Assembly: GCA_029932605.1 (NCBI GenBank)
Contig: JAOZPT010000044.1
Span: forward strand, 1 to 21,946
Direction of reading: 5' to 3'
DNA length: 21,946 nucleotides
DNA from: Candidatus Zixiibacteriota bacterium
Lineage (GTDB): Bacteria > Zixibacteria > MSB-5A5 > UBA10806 > 4484-95
Below the pieces are notes generated by a model. It had not been told where the DNA came from, did not search any database, and saw only the letters and a program-made list of their open reading frames with translations. The position numbers were made by a program, and so were the translations under genes. Of the stretch, positions 9,002-18,389 are shown in pieces (positions within the stretch are counted from its first letter, which is position 1; each line of letters opens with the position of its first letter).

Positions 9002-11163
9002 AAAAGAAAATGAACTTGGCTCAGTTTATAATATTTATAGAATCTTACAACGCCAATATCAATATACCTTTAATTCGTAAGGCTTATGAATTTTCAGACT
9101 GGGCGCATGATGGTCAACGGCGCGAAACAGGTGATCCTTATATTGAACATTGCCTTGAAGTAGCTTTTATCTTGGCCGAACAGCATATGGATTCTACAAC
9201 GATAGCTGCTGGATTAATTCATGATGTTGTTGAGGATACTCCGGTTACCCTGGAGGATGTTAAAAGAGAGTTCGGAAATGAAATTGCACATTTGGTATCT
9301 GGTCTCACCAAATTATCCGGGCTTACTTACAAATCTACAACTGAAAAGCAAGTTGAATATTTCAGGAAAATGCTTATTTCTATGTCGGAGGACATCCGGG
9401 TATTAATAATCAAACTGGCAGACCGTCTCAATAATATGAGAACGATAGACCCCCTCTCGCCAAAAAAGAAACGCCAGATAGCCCTTGAAACCAAGGAAAT
9501 TTATGCTCCACTAGCTCATCGTTTCGGAATGGCGAAGATGAAGTGGGAGCTGGAGGATTTGGCTTTTAAAGTTCTTGAACCGGAAAATTATGCTTTCCTG
9601 GAAAAGAAGCTGAAGGAAAGTTATCATGAAAGAGAGCAATATATCAAGGAAGTTACCGAACCGTTGAAGGAAGCGTTAAAGAAAAATAATATCAAGGCTG
9701 AGATAACTGGCAGGGCAAAACATATTGATTCAATATGGAGAAAAATGCAGAAACGTTCGGTCACATTCGAAAAGATTTATGACCTTTTTGCCATCAGAAC
9801 GATTGTAGAAACAGAAAGAGATTGCTATCATACTCTTGGCATAGTCCACAATCTCTGGAAACCTGTTGCCGAACGTTTCCACGACTATATAGCTAATCCG
9901 AAAGCCAACATGTATCAATCATTGCATACGACACTGATTGGCCCTCGAGGTAGGATGTTTGAAATACAGATACGCACGAAAACTATGCATTACCGCGCCG
10001 AATATGGAATAGCTGCTCATTGGTTGTATAAAGAAGGTAAACGCAAATATGATGAATCGGACAAGAGGATGGCCTGGGTGAGGGAGATCCTTGAGTGGCA
10101 GAAAGAGTTCACCGATTCCGAGGAATTTTTAGAATATTTCAAGATAGACTTATTTTTTGATGACATTTTCGTTTATACTCCTGCCGGTGAACTTAAACAT
10201 CTTCCAAAAGGGGCCACACCGCTCGACTTCGCTTTTGCTGTGCATTCCGATGTTGGTTTTCATTGTATTGGGGCTAAAGTAAACGAGCAATTTGTGCCAT
10301 TAACAACCCCTCTAAAATCCGGGGATAAGGTTGAGATACTGACATCGCCAAGCCAACATCCTTCAACTGATTGGCTTAAAATTGTGAAAACAGGCCGGGC
10401 AAAGTCAAAAATCCGATACTGGTTAAGACAGCAGGGCTACAATCAAGCAGTTTCCTTGGGCTGGGAGATTTTCCAGAAGGAACTTAAGCGTAAACGTATA
10501 AAGTCATTACCTGAACAGGAGCTGACAGAGATGGCGATGGCTATGGGTTTTTCCGATGTTGACCAGATGATGGCTCGACTTAGCACCGGTTCTATCTCTT
10601 TAAAATCCATAATCAACCGCCTTGAACCAGCTAAAACTGAAAAAGAGAAATCCCTTCTTCGCAAATTTACCGAGCACGCTCACCGTCAACCTCGAGGTAT
10701 CAAAATTAAAGGAGCTGAAAACCTTATGTTCCGATTTGGTGCTTGCTGTCAACCATTGCCGGGAGAAAATATAATAGGTTTCATCACCCGGGGCAGAGGG
10801 ATAACAGTTCATAGTCAAAACTGTCCTAATGCTGCTGCTATTAATGAACCGGAAAGGAAGATTGAGGTTGAGTGGGATGTCCAGAAAGGAGAGTCGTTCT
10901 TAATAAGGCTTGAGGCATTGGTGCAGGACCGTAAAAATCTTCTCAAGGAGATTACAAATGCTATTTCTGAGGCGGATGTTAATGTCCGTGCCGCCGAGAT
11001 TCATACTGATGGAGGTAAGCCCGTTATAGACAAGGCAACTGTGGGACATTTCGTGCTTGAGGTAGCAAATCTGGCTCAACTTGAGAAGGCTGTGCAGAAA
11101 ATAATGAAAATCCATGGCGTTATTTCCATCGATAGAGCCAAGGGGCCGGCTGGAAGTGAATAA
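8998..11163 (+). CDS. rel: Bifunctional (p)ppGpp synthetase/hydrolase, long RSH (HD-SYNTH-TGS-ZFD-ACT)
   Basis: AHDGQRR, IHDVVED, YAPLAHRFG, YQSLHT, EIQIRT, AEYGIAAHW, TPLDFAFAVHS, CCQPLPG, C-terminal ACT. ATGA overlap with GT9. Confidence 0.95.
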   Translation: MKKKMNLAQFIIFIESYNANINIPLIRKAYEFSDWAHDGQRRETGDPYIEHCLEVAFILAEQHMDSTTIAAGLIHDVVEDTPVTLEDVKREFGNEIAHLVSGLTKLSGLTYKSTTEKQVEYFRKMLISMSEDIRVLIIKLADRLNNMRTIDPLSPKKKRQIALETKEIYAPLAHRFGMAKMKWELEDLAFKVLEPENYAFLEKKLKESYHEREQYIKEVTEPLKEALKKNNIKAEITGRAKHIDSIWRKMQKRSVTFEKIYDLFAIRTIVETERDCYHTLGIVHNLWKPVAERFHDYIANPKANMYQSLHTTLIGPRGRMFEIQIRTKTMHYRAEYGIAAHWLYKEGKRKYDESDKRMAWVREILEWQKEFTDSEEFLEYFKIDLFFDDIFVYTPAGELKHLPKGATPLDFAFAVHSDVGFHCIGAKVNEQFVPLTTPLKSGDKVEILTSPSQHPSTDWLKIVKTGRAKSKIRYWLRQQGYNQAVSLGWEIFQKELKRKRIKSLPEQELTEMAMAMGFSDVDQMMARLSTGSISLKSIINRLEPAKTEKEKSLLRKFTEHAHRQPRGIKIKGAENLMFRFGACCQPLPGENIIGFITRGRGITVHSQNCPNAAAINEPERKIEVEWDVQKGESFLIRLEALVQDRKNLLKEITNAISEADVNVRAAEIHTDGGKPVIDKATVGHFVLEVANLAQLEKAVQKIMKIHGVISIDRAKGPAGSE

Positions 11164-11884
11164 CTCTAAAAACCTTAAAAAGTCTATAAACGGGATTTCT
11201 TACATCGACTTCTCAGATTTTATGGAGGTTCCTGCTGGTATTGTACTGAAAAATGAAAATCATTCCATTGAAAGCCTATTCAATTTTATCCTTAAAAAAT
11301 GCTGTTTTGAAAAATCGTTAGAAGATCGCATTGGTTTTAACAGAAAAAACGATAGATTGAAAATAGTCGAGCTTAATCAGAACCATACTAATATCATCGT
11401 TAATGCTTGCGAAAAAATAAAAAATAATGCTGATGGCCTGTATGTAAGCTCTTCTGATATTGTATTGGTTATAAAGACCGCTGATTGTTTTCCCGTATTT
11501 TTAAATGATGGAATAACTGTAGGGCTTTTACATGTTGGCTGGCGCGGATGTCTTACTGGTATAATAAGTAATTTTTTTAAGGAGGTTTATGGTTTTAAGC
11601 CCCAGAAGGCAAAGGTTGCTATCGGACCAGGTATTGGAAGTTGCTGCTTTAAAGTTTCTCCAGAAGTAGCTTTATTGTTAGATAAAAAGTATCGACGGTT
11701 TAAAAAGGGAAATTTCTATTTAGACCTCCAGGGATTTATAGTTGACGAACTGGCTAAAAATCAGATAAAATATATCCTCAGGAACAATTACTGTACTGCC
11801 TGTAACGATAAGATGTTTTATTCTTACAGGCAAGAGGGGAAGGATGTCAAACAGATGTTAAGCTACATTTGCAAGGGAGGGTAA
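11156..11884 (+). CDS. pgeF: PgeF/YfiH (Cu-oxidase_4) family protein; GTG 11156 a likely start, ORF open from 11114
   Basis: QxH (NQNHT), ADG, TADC, HVGWRG, IGPGIG, CTAC...FYSYR. Confidence 0.85.
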   Translation: MNNSKNLKKSINGISYIDFSDFMEVPAGIVLKNENHSIESLFNFILKKCCFEKSLEDRIGFNRKNDRLKIVELNQNHTNIIVNACEKIKNNADGLYVSSSDIVLVIKTADCFPVFLNDGITVGLLHVGWRGCLTGIISNFFKEVYGFKPQKAKVAIGPGIGSCCFKVSPEVALLLDKKYRRFKKGNFYLDLQGFIVDELAKNQIKYILRNNYCTACNDKMFYSYRQEGKDVKQMLSYICKGG

Positions 11885-11885
11885 G

Positions 11886-12506
11886 TTGAAAATACTGATT
11901 TTAATTCTTGCAATTATCGTTTGTTTAAATATGCCAGCATTTGGCATTACCGGCCTGGGATTTGGATTACATGCAGGCATAACAAATAATTATAGTTACA
12001 GTATACTTGATGACAGTCTTAGAGCCATTGCCCAAAATTACCCCGGTTTGGGAATACCCGATGACATTAGGTTTAGTGAAGATCTAACATCGATAGGGGC
12101 TCATCTCAAGGTTGGTACTTTGCCGATAATAGATTTTTATCTTTTCGCTGATTATGCCTGGAAGAAAAAAGAACTTTCCTCCGATATTGACCTTCGCCTG
12201 TCGGATTTCTCTTTTGGTGCTTCGGCAAAGAAGATGTTTGGTTTTTCGATATTGAAACCATATTTAGGTGCAGGTGTTGATATGCATAATCTGGTTTACA
12301 CTATTGAAGCTGATTCAGCCGGTCTTATTTTACCAGTTCCTGACAACCAGACGAAAATCGGTTATCATGTTGTCGGTGGGATAGAACTTAATTTCCCCAT
12401 ATTGCCATTAGATCCATACGCTGAATATCGACACAACTGGATAACAACCTCAGAAAAGGTAACCAAGTATGGTCTTTTTCTGTTGGGTTTGACTTTTAGT
12501 ATTTAA
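11886..12506 (+). CDS. Outer-membrane beta-barrel protein (TTG start)
   Basis: Signal peptide, alternating amphipathic strands, KPYLGAG, terminal strand LLGLTFSI. SD GGGAGG at 11875-11880. Confidence 0.75.
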   Translation: MKILILILAIIVCLNMPAFGITGLGFGLHAGITNNYSYSILDDSLRAIAQNYPGLGIPDDIRFSEDLTSIGAHLKVGTLPIIDFYLFADYAWKKKELSSDIDLRLSDFSFGASAKKMFGFSILKPYLGAGVDMHNLVYTIEADSAGLILPVPDNQTKIGYHVVGGIELNFPILPLDPYAEYRHNWITTSEKVTKYGLFLLGLTFSI

Positions 12507-12526
12507 TGTTAAAGGAGGGTTAGAGC

Positions 12527-13129
12527 TTGAAATCTGTATTATCGATTGTTATTTTTGTCATGCTTGTCTCAACGGCCTGGGGACAGTTTTCAGGCCAGCT
12601 AATGCCTGCGGGCACTGTCTTGAAAGGCTCAGCGGAAGGTGGGGGGTATTTTGGGATTTACGAGGATGCCCGTGGATTGGTGGGAAGTTATAGATTTGGC
12701 ATTAGTGGTTATACCGATTTTGGAACGAGGGTCGGTTTTATTGATTTTGACGCCCACGGGAATAATGATACCGGACTTCTCTTAGGTGGTGACATCAAAT
12801 ACCAAGTGATGGAGGTTCGTATAATGGACCCGTTGGACCTATCTGTTGGCGGGATTTTTGAAACGATGTTGGGAGTTGGTAATAACTCGTTTTCTATTGG
12901 TGGTTATGTCACCGGCTCATATCCAATTGAATTGAATAGCGGAAGACGTATTTATCCCTATGGACGTATGATTTTCAGGATGGAATGGTATGATAAAACT
13001 GATAGCGATTTTGATCCCGGTCTTAATCTTGGGGCAAGCATGGAGTTAAATGAAAGCACATTTGTCTCGGCCGAAATTCAATTTGATGACTATTTTGGTT
13101 TAATGATAGGCCTTATATTTGGTTTCTAA
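12527..13129 (+). CDS. Outer-membrane beta-barrel protein (TTG start)
   Basis: Signal peptide, Gly/aromatic-rich strands, C-terminal Phe (MIGLIFGF). SD AAGGAGG at 12512-12518. Confidence 0.75.
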   Translation: MKSVLSIVIFVMLVSTAWGQFSGQLMPAGTVLKGSAEGGGYFGIYEDARGLVGSYRFGISGYTDFGTRVGFIDFDAHGNNDTGLLLGGDIKYQVMEVRIMDPLDLSVGGIFETMLGVGNNSFSIGGYVTGSYPIELNSGRRIYPYGRMIFRMEWYDKTDSDFDPGLNLGASMELNESTFVSAEIQFDDYFGLMIGLIFGF

Positions 13130-13132
13130 CCT

Positions 13133-13921
13133 TTGGATATCATCACCGGTTTAATTCTCGGAGTACTTCAGGGAGCAACTGAGTTTTTACCGATTTCAAG
13201 TTCCGGTCATCTGGTTCTCGCAGAAAAGATTCTCGGCAACAAAGCCTCAGCAAATCTTATGTTTGAGGTTTTTGTTCACACCGGCACGATGGTTTCGGTC
13301 TTGATATATTTCAGGATGAAGATATGGCAAATGATTAAAAGTATTTTCCCACCATATACATCTGATAAAATACCTTTGCTAAGGCTTGTTGGCACTATCG
13401 CGATAGGAACCGTTCCAGCAGTTATTATAGGCTTTGCTTTCGAACACTTTATCGAGCGGGCTTTTAACTTGACCTGGTTTACTTCATTAATGCTCTTGGT
13501 GACAGCTGTTGTTCTTCTGTCCACGCATTTTATAAAATCAGGCAAATCGGAAATTAGCTTCATTAACGGTTTCCTTATTGGTATAGCCCAGTCACTTGCC
13601 CTGTTGCCTGGTATATCAAGGTCGGGGATGACCATATCTGCTGGCTTATTTTTAAAGGTCACTCCAACTCAGGCTGCGGAGTTTTCGTTTTTACTTTCCT
13701 TGCCAGCAGTACTTGGAGCGACCTTCTTGAAAACGGTCGAACTTTCATCAGCACCTCCGTCAGGTAACATTTTTAGTATCTATCTAGTGAGTGCAATTTG
13801 TGCATTTATTATCGGTTATCTTGCTATTGCCTGGCTTATGCGAATTGTAAAAACGGGAAAGTTATTTTATTTCGGAATATATTGTCTGGCGATTGGTGTT
13901 GCAGGTTTATTGTTCTTATGA
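13133..13921 (+). CDS. uppP: Undecaprenyl-diphosphate phosphatase BacA/UppP (TTG start)
   Basis: QGATEFLPISSSGHL, HTGT, PGISRSGMTI, AAEFSFLLSLPA. Confidence 0.95.
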   Translation: MDIITGLILGVLQGATEFLPISSSGHLVLAEKILGNKASANLMFEVFVHTGTMVSVLIYFRMKIWQMIKSIFPPYTSDKIPLLRLVGTIAIGTVPAVIIGFAFEHFIERAFNLTWFTSLMLLVTAVVLLSTHFIKSGKSEISFINGFLIGIAQSLALLPGISRSGMTISAGLFLKVTPTQAAEFSFLLSLPAVLGATFLKTVELSSAPPSGNIFSIYLVSAICAFIIGYLAIAWLMRIVKTGKLFYFGIYCLAIGVAGLLFL

Positions 13922-14925
13922 TTGAGAAAATACTGGTAATACGGTTTAGCTCGATGGGCGATGTGATTCTCGCCATACCGGTGGTGGAGGCTATAAAACA
14001 ATCAAAGCCGGATGTTATTGTCGATTTTTTAACCCGCGGGCAATATGCATGCTTGATAGACCAGTTCACCGAAGTTGACAGGACTTATTCATACGACAAT
14101 AATATGAGAAGCCTTTTAAAGGAGTTGAAAAAACAAAAATATGATACCGTTATTGACCTTCAAAAAAATCCACGGAGCATTATTTTTACTGTTAGAATCA
14201 ATCCTAAAACAGTAGTAAGCTACCCGAAAAGAAGACTGCAAAGGGAATTTTTAATTAGACAACACAAGTTTAGATTAAACATCGGTCATACGGTTGACGC
14301 CTATCTGGCGGCGTTGATGAGATTGAAGATCAAACCTACGGGTAGACGCCCTCGGTTTGTCCTTATGCCGGAGATTTCAAAGTATGGTGAGGATTTCATC
14401 AATAATGCTGGTTTTTCAGGCAAAATTGTTGGTTTGTGCCCTGGCTCTAAACATAAAGAAAAAAAATGGCATCGATATCAGGAGCTGGCGAACCTAATTT
14501 TAAGTGAGGGTGACAAAAGTGTTATCGTTTTCAGCGGTCCTGATGATGATTTCGACCCCAATCTTGGTATATCTTCCGATAAACTCGTTGCTGCGTGTAA
14601 CCTCAGACTTGACAGGCTGGCAGGTATCATGTCAAGATGTGATGTAGTCGTCACAAACGATTCAGGCTTAATGCATCTGGCAGTGGCGCTGTCGGTGCCG
14701 GTGGTAGCCATATTTGGACCGACTCATCCATCGCTTGGTTTTTCGCCTTTAGGTGAAAGTGATAGGATCATCTGCGATAATGTTACCTGTTCACCTTGTA
14801 GTCTGCATGGAGAGAAACAGTGCTGGATGCCACAAAAACATTGTTTTGAAAATATTACCCCTCAGCGTGTAAAAAATGAATTAGACAGGATTATATATGC
14901 CCAACATCCAAGCAAAATACTATGA
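13918..14925 (+). CDS. Glycosyltransferase family 9 (WaaF-like heptosyltransferase); start at ATG 13918 rather than 13798
   Basis: KILVIRFSSMGDVIL, DLQ, PGS..KKW, NDSGLMHLAVAL, FGPT, C-terminal Cys cluster. ATGA overlap with uppP. Confidence 0.9.
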   Translation: MIEKILVIRFSSMGDVILAIPVVEAIKQSKPDVIVDFLTRGQYACLIDQFTEVDRTYSYDNNMRSLLKELKKQKYDTVIDLQKNPRSIIFTVRINPKTVVSYPKRRLQREFLIRQHKFRLNIGHTVDAYLAALMRLKIKPTGRRPRFVLMPEISKYGEDFINNAGFSGKIVGLCPGSKHKEKKWHRYQELANLILSEGDKSVIVFSGPDDDFDPNLGISSDKLVAACNLRLDRLAGIMSRCDVVVTNDSGLMHLAVALSVPVVAIFGPTHPSLGFSPLGESDRIICDNVTCSPCSLHGEKQCWMPQKHCFENITPQRVKNELDRIIYAQHPSKIL

Positions 14926-15883
14926 AAAACTACCCAATAAGAGGGTCAAATGCCATCTCTGTCCGCTCGAATGTGGTATCGACCCCGGTAAATCGGGAAT
15001 CTGCCGTCTTAGGACCAATATCGATGGTGAGTTAATCGCCACAGGTTATGGGCAGGTTGTTTCCTTGGCCATTGACCCGATGGAGAAAAAACCGCTTTAT
15101 CATTTCAGGCCCGGCAAACCAATTCTATCGACAGGTCCTAACGGTTGTAATTTCAAATGCCCTTTTTGCCAGAACTGGACCATATCTCAAGAGAAATCGC
15201 ATACCGAGTATGTCTCGCCAGAACAACTCTTGACTTTGGCTGATCGCAATGGCTCTGTGGGAGTTGCCTTTACCTATACCGAGCCATTGGTCTGGTTTGA
15301 ATATGTTTACGACTGTTCCCGTCTTCTTAAAGAAAAAGGTTTAGATGTGGTTCTGGTTTCAAACGGTTTTATAAATGAAGAACCAGCCAGGGAATTATTT
15401 CCGTTTGTTGATGCTGTTGATATCGACCTTAAATCGGCCTCCAAAGATTTCTACAGAAAAGTTTGTCGGGGTAACCTTGACGATGTCTTGCGCACAATTA
15501 AAATCGCTGTTGAGTACGATATCGAGGTGGAACTGACAAACCTGCTTATCCCCGACGAAAACGATAGCGATGTTGATTTAGAGAACATAGTTGATATCGT
15601 AGCTGATATAAGTCCTTTAATTCCATTCCATATCTCACGTTATTTTCCGAATTACAAATACACTAAACCTCCCACGTCAATATCCACCCTTAACAGGGCT
15701 GTTGAGATCGCCCGGCGGAAACTTGCTTATGTCTATCCTGGTAATTATATTGATAACTCGGATACAAAATGTCCTGATTGCGGGCAGATCTTGATAAAAA
15801 GAGAGGGTTACCATATTGATTTGCCCAATGGTGCGGTAGAACAATGCCCTCGATGCGGGCGTGAGGTTGATATAATCTGGTGA
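14897..15883 (+). CDS. amrS: AmmeMemoRadiSam system radical SAM enzyme
   Basis: N-terminal CHLCPLEC..GICRLR, DPMEKKPLYHF, CNFKCPFCQNW (CX3CX2C), FTYTEP, HISRYFP, C-terminal CPDCG/CPRCG. Confidence 0.9.
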   Translation: MPNIQAKYYEKLPNKRVKCHLCPLECGIDPGKSGICRLRTNIDGELIATGYGQVVSLAIDPMEKKPLYHFRPGKPILSTGPNGCNFKCPFCQNWTISQEKSHTEYVSPEQLLTLADRNGSVGVAFTYTEPLVWFEYVYDCSRLLKEKGLDVVLVSNGFINEEPARELFPFVDAVDIDLKSASKDFYRKVCRGNLDDVLRTIKIAVEYDIEVELTNLLIPDENDSDVDLENIVDIVADISPLIPFHISRYFPNYKYTKPPTSISTLNRAVEIARRKLAYVYPGNYIDNSDTKCPDCGQILIKREGYHIDLPNGAVEQCPRCGREVDIIW

Positions 15884-15902
15884 TTATAGAAGAAAGGTTG
15901 AT

Positions 15903-17099
15903 ATGGCATATATGAAGATTTCAAAGCGGGGAATGTCGGTACCGGCATCACCGATACGAAAATTGATTCCGCTGGCAGAACAGGCGAAAAAACGCGGTGT
16001 TCATGTTTATCATTTAAATATCGGCCAACCTGATATCGAGACACCACCTGAGTTCTGGCAGGCAATTAATAACTACTCTAAAAAGGTGTTAGCTTATGGC
16101 AATTCGCAGGGATTGGCTGATTATCTTGAAAGGCTGGCGAGTTATTACAAAAGGTATGGTTTGGATGTTAGCCCAGATGAAATAATCGTCACTACCGGTG
16201 GCTCCGAGGCGATAATCTTTGCCATGACCATTATCTGCGAACCTGGTGACGAGCTCATCGTTTTTGAACCGTTTTATACCAATTACAATGGTTTTGCTGT
16301 GCAGGCCGGCATCAATCTTGTTCCGATTACAACCCAGGCGGAGAGTGGATTCCATATCCCCCGGGCTAACGTTATAGAAAAAACGATAACTAAAAAAACA
16401 AAAGGTATCCTTTATTGCAATCCTAACAATCCTACCGGCACTGTTTATACAAAAGATGAAATTGAGAGATTGAAAGATATTGTTATCAAACATAACCTGT
16501 TTCTATTGGCTGATGAGGTTTATCGCGAGTTCATTTACGAGGGCGATCATATCAGCGTTATATCGCTTGATGGCATCCGGGATAGGGCGATAATGCTTGA
16601 TTCGATAAGCAAGAGGTTTTCTGCCTGTGGCGCACGTATCGGTAACTTAGTCACGAAAAATCGCGAGGTATATCAGTCGGCGCTTCATCTGGGGCAGGCA
16701 CGATTGTGTTCACCAACATTGGAACAGGTGGGAGCATCTGCTGTTTATGAACTTGATAATAAGTATTTTAAAAAAATGATGGATGAGTATCGACGCCGTC
16801 GGGATGTTGTTTATGAAGGATTGATGAATATCGATGGTGTTGTCTGCATAAAGCCAGACGGTGCTTTTTATGCAATGGCTAAATTACCCGTAGATAGTGC
16901 TGAAAAGTTCACTGCTTTTATGCTCACTGATTTTAACTATAATGGCAAAACTGTTATGGTTGCCCCTGGCCCCGGATTTTATGCTTCCAAAGGCAAAGGT
17001 CAAAATGAATGTCGTATAGCTTATGTTTTAAACGTCGGTGACTTAAAAGACGCTATGAATGTCTTTAAAAAAGGAATTGAGGCATATAATTCAAGATGA
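15903..17099 (+). CDS. PLP-dependent class I/II aminotransferase (aspartate aminotransferase-like)
   Basis: LNIGQPD, TTGGSEA, NPNNPTG, DEVYREF, SISKRFSACGARIG (PLP Lys). Confidence 0.92.
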   Translation: MAYMKISKRGMSVPASPIRKLIPLAEQAKKRGVHVYHLNIGQPDIETPPEFWQAINNYSKKVLAYGNSQGLADYLERLASYYKRYGLDVSPDEIIVTTGGSEAIIFAMTIICEPGDELIVFEPFYTNYNGFAVQAGINLVPITTQAESGFHIPRANVIEKTITKKTKGILYCNPNNPTGTVYTKDEIERLKDIVIKHNLFLLADEVYREFIYEGDHISVISLDGIRDRAIMLDSISKRFSACGARIGNLVTKNREVYQSALHLGQARLCSPTLEQVGASAVYELDNKYFKKMMDEYRRRRDVVYEGLMNIDGVVCIKPDGAFYAMAKLPVDSAEKFTAFMLTDFNYNGKTVMVAPGPGFYASKGKGQNECRIAYVLNVGDLKDAMNVFKKGIEAYNSR

Positions 17100-18052
17100 A
17101 AGTCCGTCTCGGGATAGACCTTGGGGGAAGTGTAATAAAGGCTGGTATCGTAAGTCTATCTTTCAAGGTTCTTTACCGGGTTGAGAAACCATCCAGAGCT
17201 GAAATAAACAAATCCGAAGTAAAAAAAAGCTTGAATGTTGTTTATGATCATTTGCTTGGAATCTGCCGGAAAAGGCATTACTTACCCTTGTCTCTGGGAA
17301 TAGGTAGTCCGGGAACGATATCCCAACCTCTTGGAAAAGTTACTGACGCCTCACCTAATATCAAAGGATGGCAGGGAACGGTGTTAACAGAAGTTTTTGG
17401 TAAAACCGTTTTCCCTGTTTATGCTGACAATGATGCCAACTGTGCAGCTTTAGCAGAGTATTTGTATGGCTTTAAATACCGATATAAAGATATAGTGTTT
17501 ATAACGGTTGGAACTGGAATAGGTGGTGGTTTAATTATCGATGGCAAGCTACACCGGGGGAACAACTATGCCGCTTCAGAGATAGGTCATTCTATCTTAA
17601 AATATAACGGTAGATTGTGCAAATGCGGTAGACGTGGATGCCTCGAAGCTTATGCCAGTGTTCCAAATATGTTGAAAAGGGCATACTTGTGGGCAAAACA
17701 CTACAACCAAAACCTGAAACCAGATATTAAACCGGTTGAGCTTTTCTCTTTGTATAAAAGAAGAAACAGGGTTGCCTGCAAGACCATAGAGGAAAACGCC
17801 GATTTTTTGGGGACAAGCCTGGCATCTTTAGTAAATATATTAAATCCTCAGGTAGTTGTAATCGGAGGTGGGTTTTCTGGTGCGGGAAAAGAATATATAA
17901 GATTGATAAAGAACCATATCTTTCAGAAAGCCTTTAGTTCCTCCACCTGTCAGCTTAAAGTTGTTAAGGCTCAGCTGGGAAATGATGCCGGTTTCATTGG
18001 CGCTTCAGCATTAACGCAAGTTGACAAGAATGGGTTTATCAGGAAAAAATAG
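17096..18052 (+). CDS. ROK family sugar kinase (glucokinase-like)
   Basis: GIDLGGS, NDANCAALAE, GTGIGGG, EIGH...CKCGRRGCLE Zn motif. No N-terminal HTH. Confidence 0.92.
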   Translation: MKVRLGIDLGGSVIKAGIVSLSFKVLYRVEKPSRAEINKSEVKKSLNVVYDHLLGICRKRHYLPLSLGIGSPGTISQPLGKVTDASPNIKGWQGTVLTEVFGKTVFPVYADNDANCAALAEYLYGFKYRYKDIVFITVGTGIGGGLIIDGKLHRGNNYAASEIGHSILKYNGRLCKCGRRGCLEAYASVPNMLKRAYLWAKHYNQNLKPDIKPVELFSLYKRRNRVACKTIEENADFLGTSLASLVNILNPQVVVIGGGFSGAGKEYIRLIKNHIFQKAFSSSTCQLKVVKAQLGNDAGFIGASALTQVDKNGFIRKK

Positions 18053-18242
18053 AAAAAAATCGTATCCTCGTAGGAAACGTGAATTTATAGGTGTTACTTT
18101 CAAGTGTTGCAATGTTTATACACGTATTTATATCAACAAAAAGAGAACCGCATTCGTTGGCTGGTGCCCGAAATGTGGAGCAAAAATGGAGGCTATAATA
18201 TCGCCTAAAGGTTCCAGTTCGAAGTTTTTCGTAGCAGGCTGA
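18030..18242 (+). CDS. Small basic Cys-containing hypothetical protein, putative zinc ribbon (ATG 18030 or TTG 18021)
   Basis: FIGVTFKCCNVYTRIY...GWCPKCG...SKFF. Overlaps the ROK 3' end and fills the gap. Confidence 0.75.
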   Translation: MGLSGKNRKKSYPRRKREFIGVTFKCCNVYTRIYINKKRTAFVGWCPKCGAKMEAIISPKGSSSKFFVAG

Positions 18243-18251
18243 TAAAATCTG

Positions 18252-18279
18252 TTGATTTTTTTTAAATTTAAGATATAAT
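18252..18279 (+). promoter_or_regulatory. Possible sigma70 promoter for the archaemetzincin gene
   Basis: TTGATT (18252-18257), 16 bp, TATAAT (18274-18279). AT-rich context lowers specificity. Confidence 0.45.
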
Positions 18280-18389
18280 TAAGTTAAATAATCAATGGAG
18301 GTGTTGTTCTGGTAAGTGTTGACATAAATTCTGATAATATATTTGAGACGGATTTTTGTTTATTGTCAAAGTATTGGGGGCAGTTATAA

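Noticed and set aside
13798..13917. 40-aa N-terminal extension of the second GT9
   Set aside because: Lies within uppP. GT9 similarity begins at ATG 13918, which forms an ATGA overlap.
18295..18389. GGAGGT followed by a possible CTG-start 26-aa peptide ending TAA just before the archaemetzincin ATG
   Set aside because: Needs a rare start codon and has no recognisable features. No evidence for readthrough.
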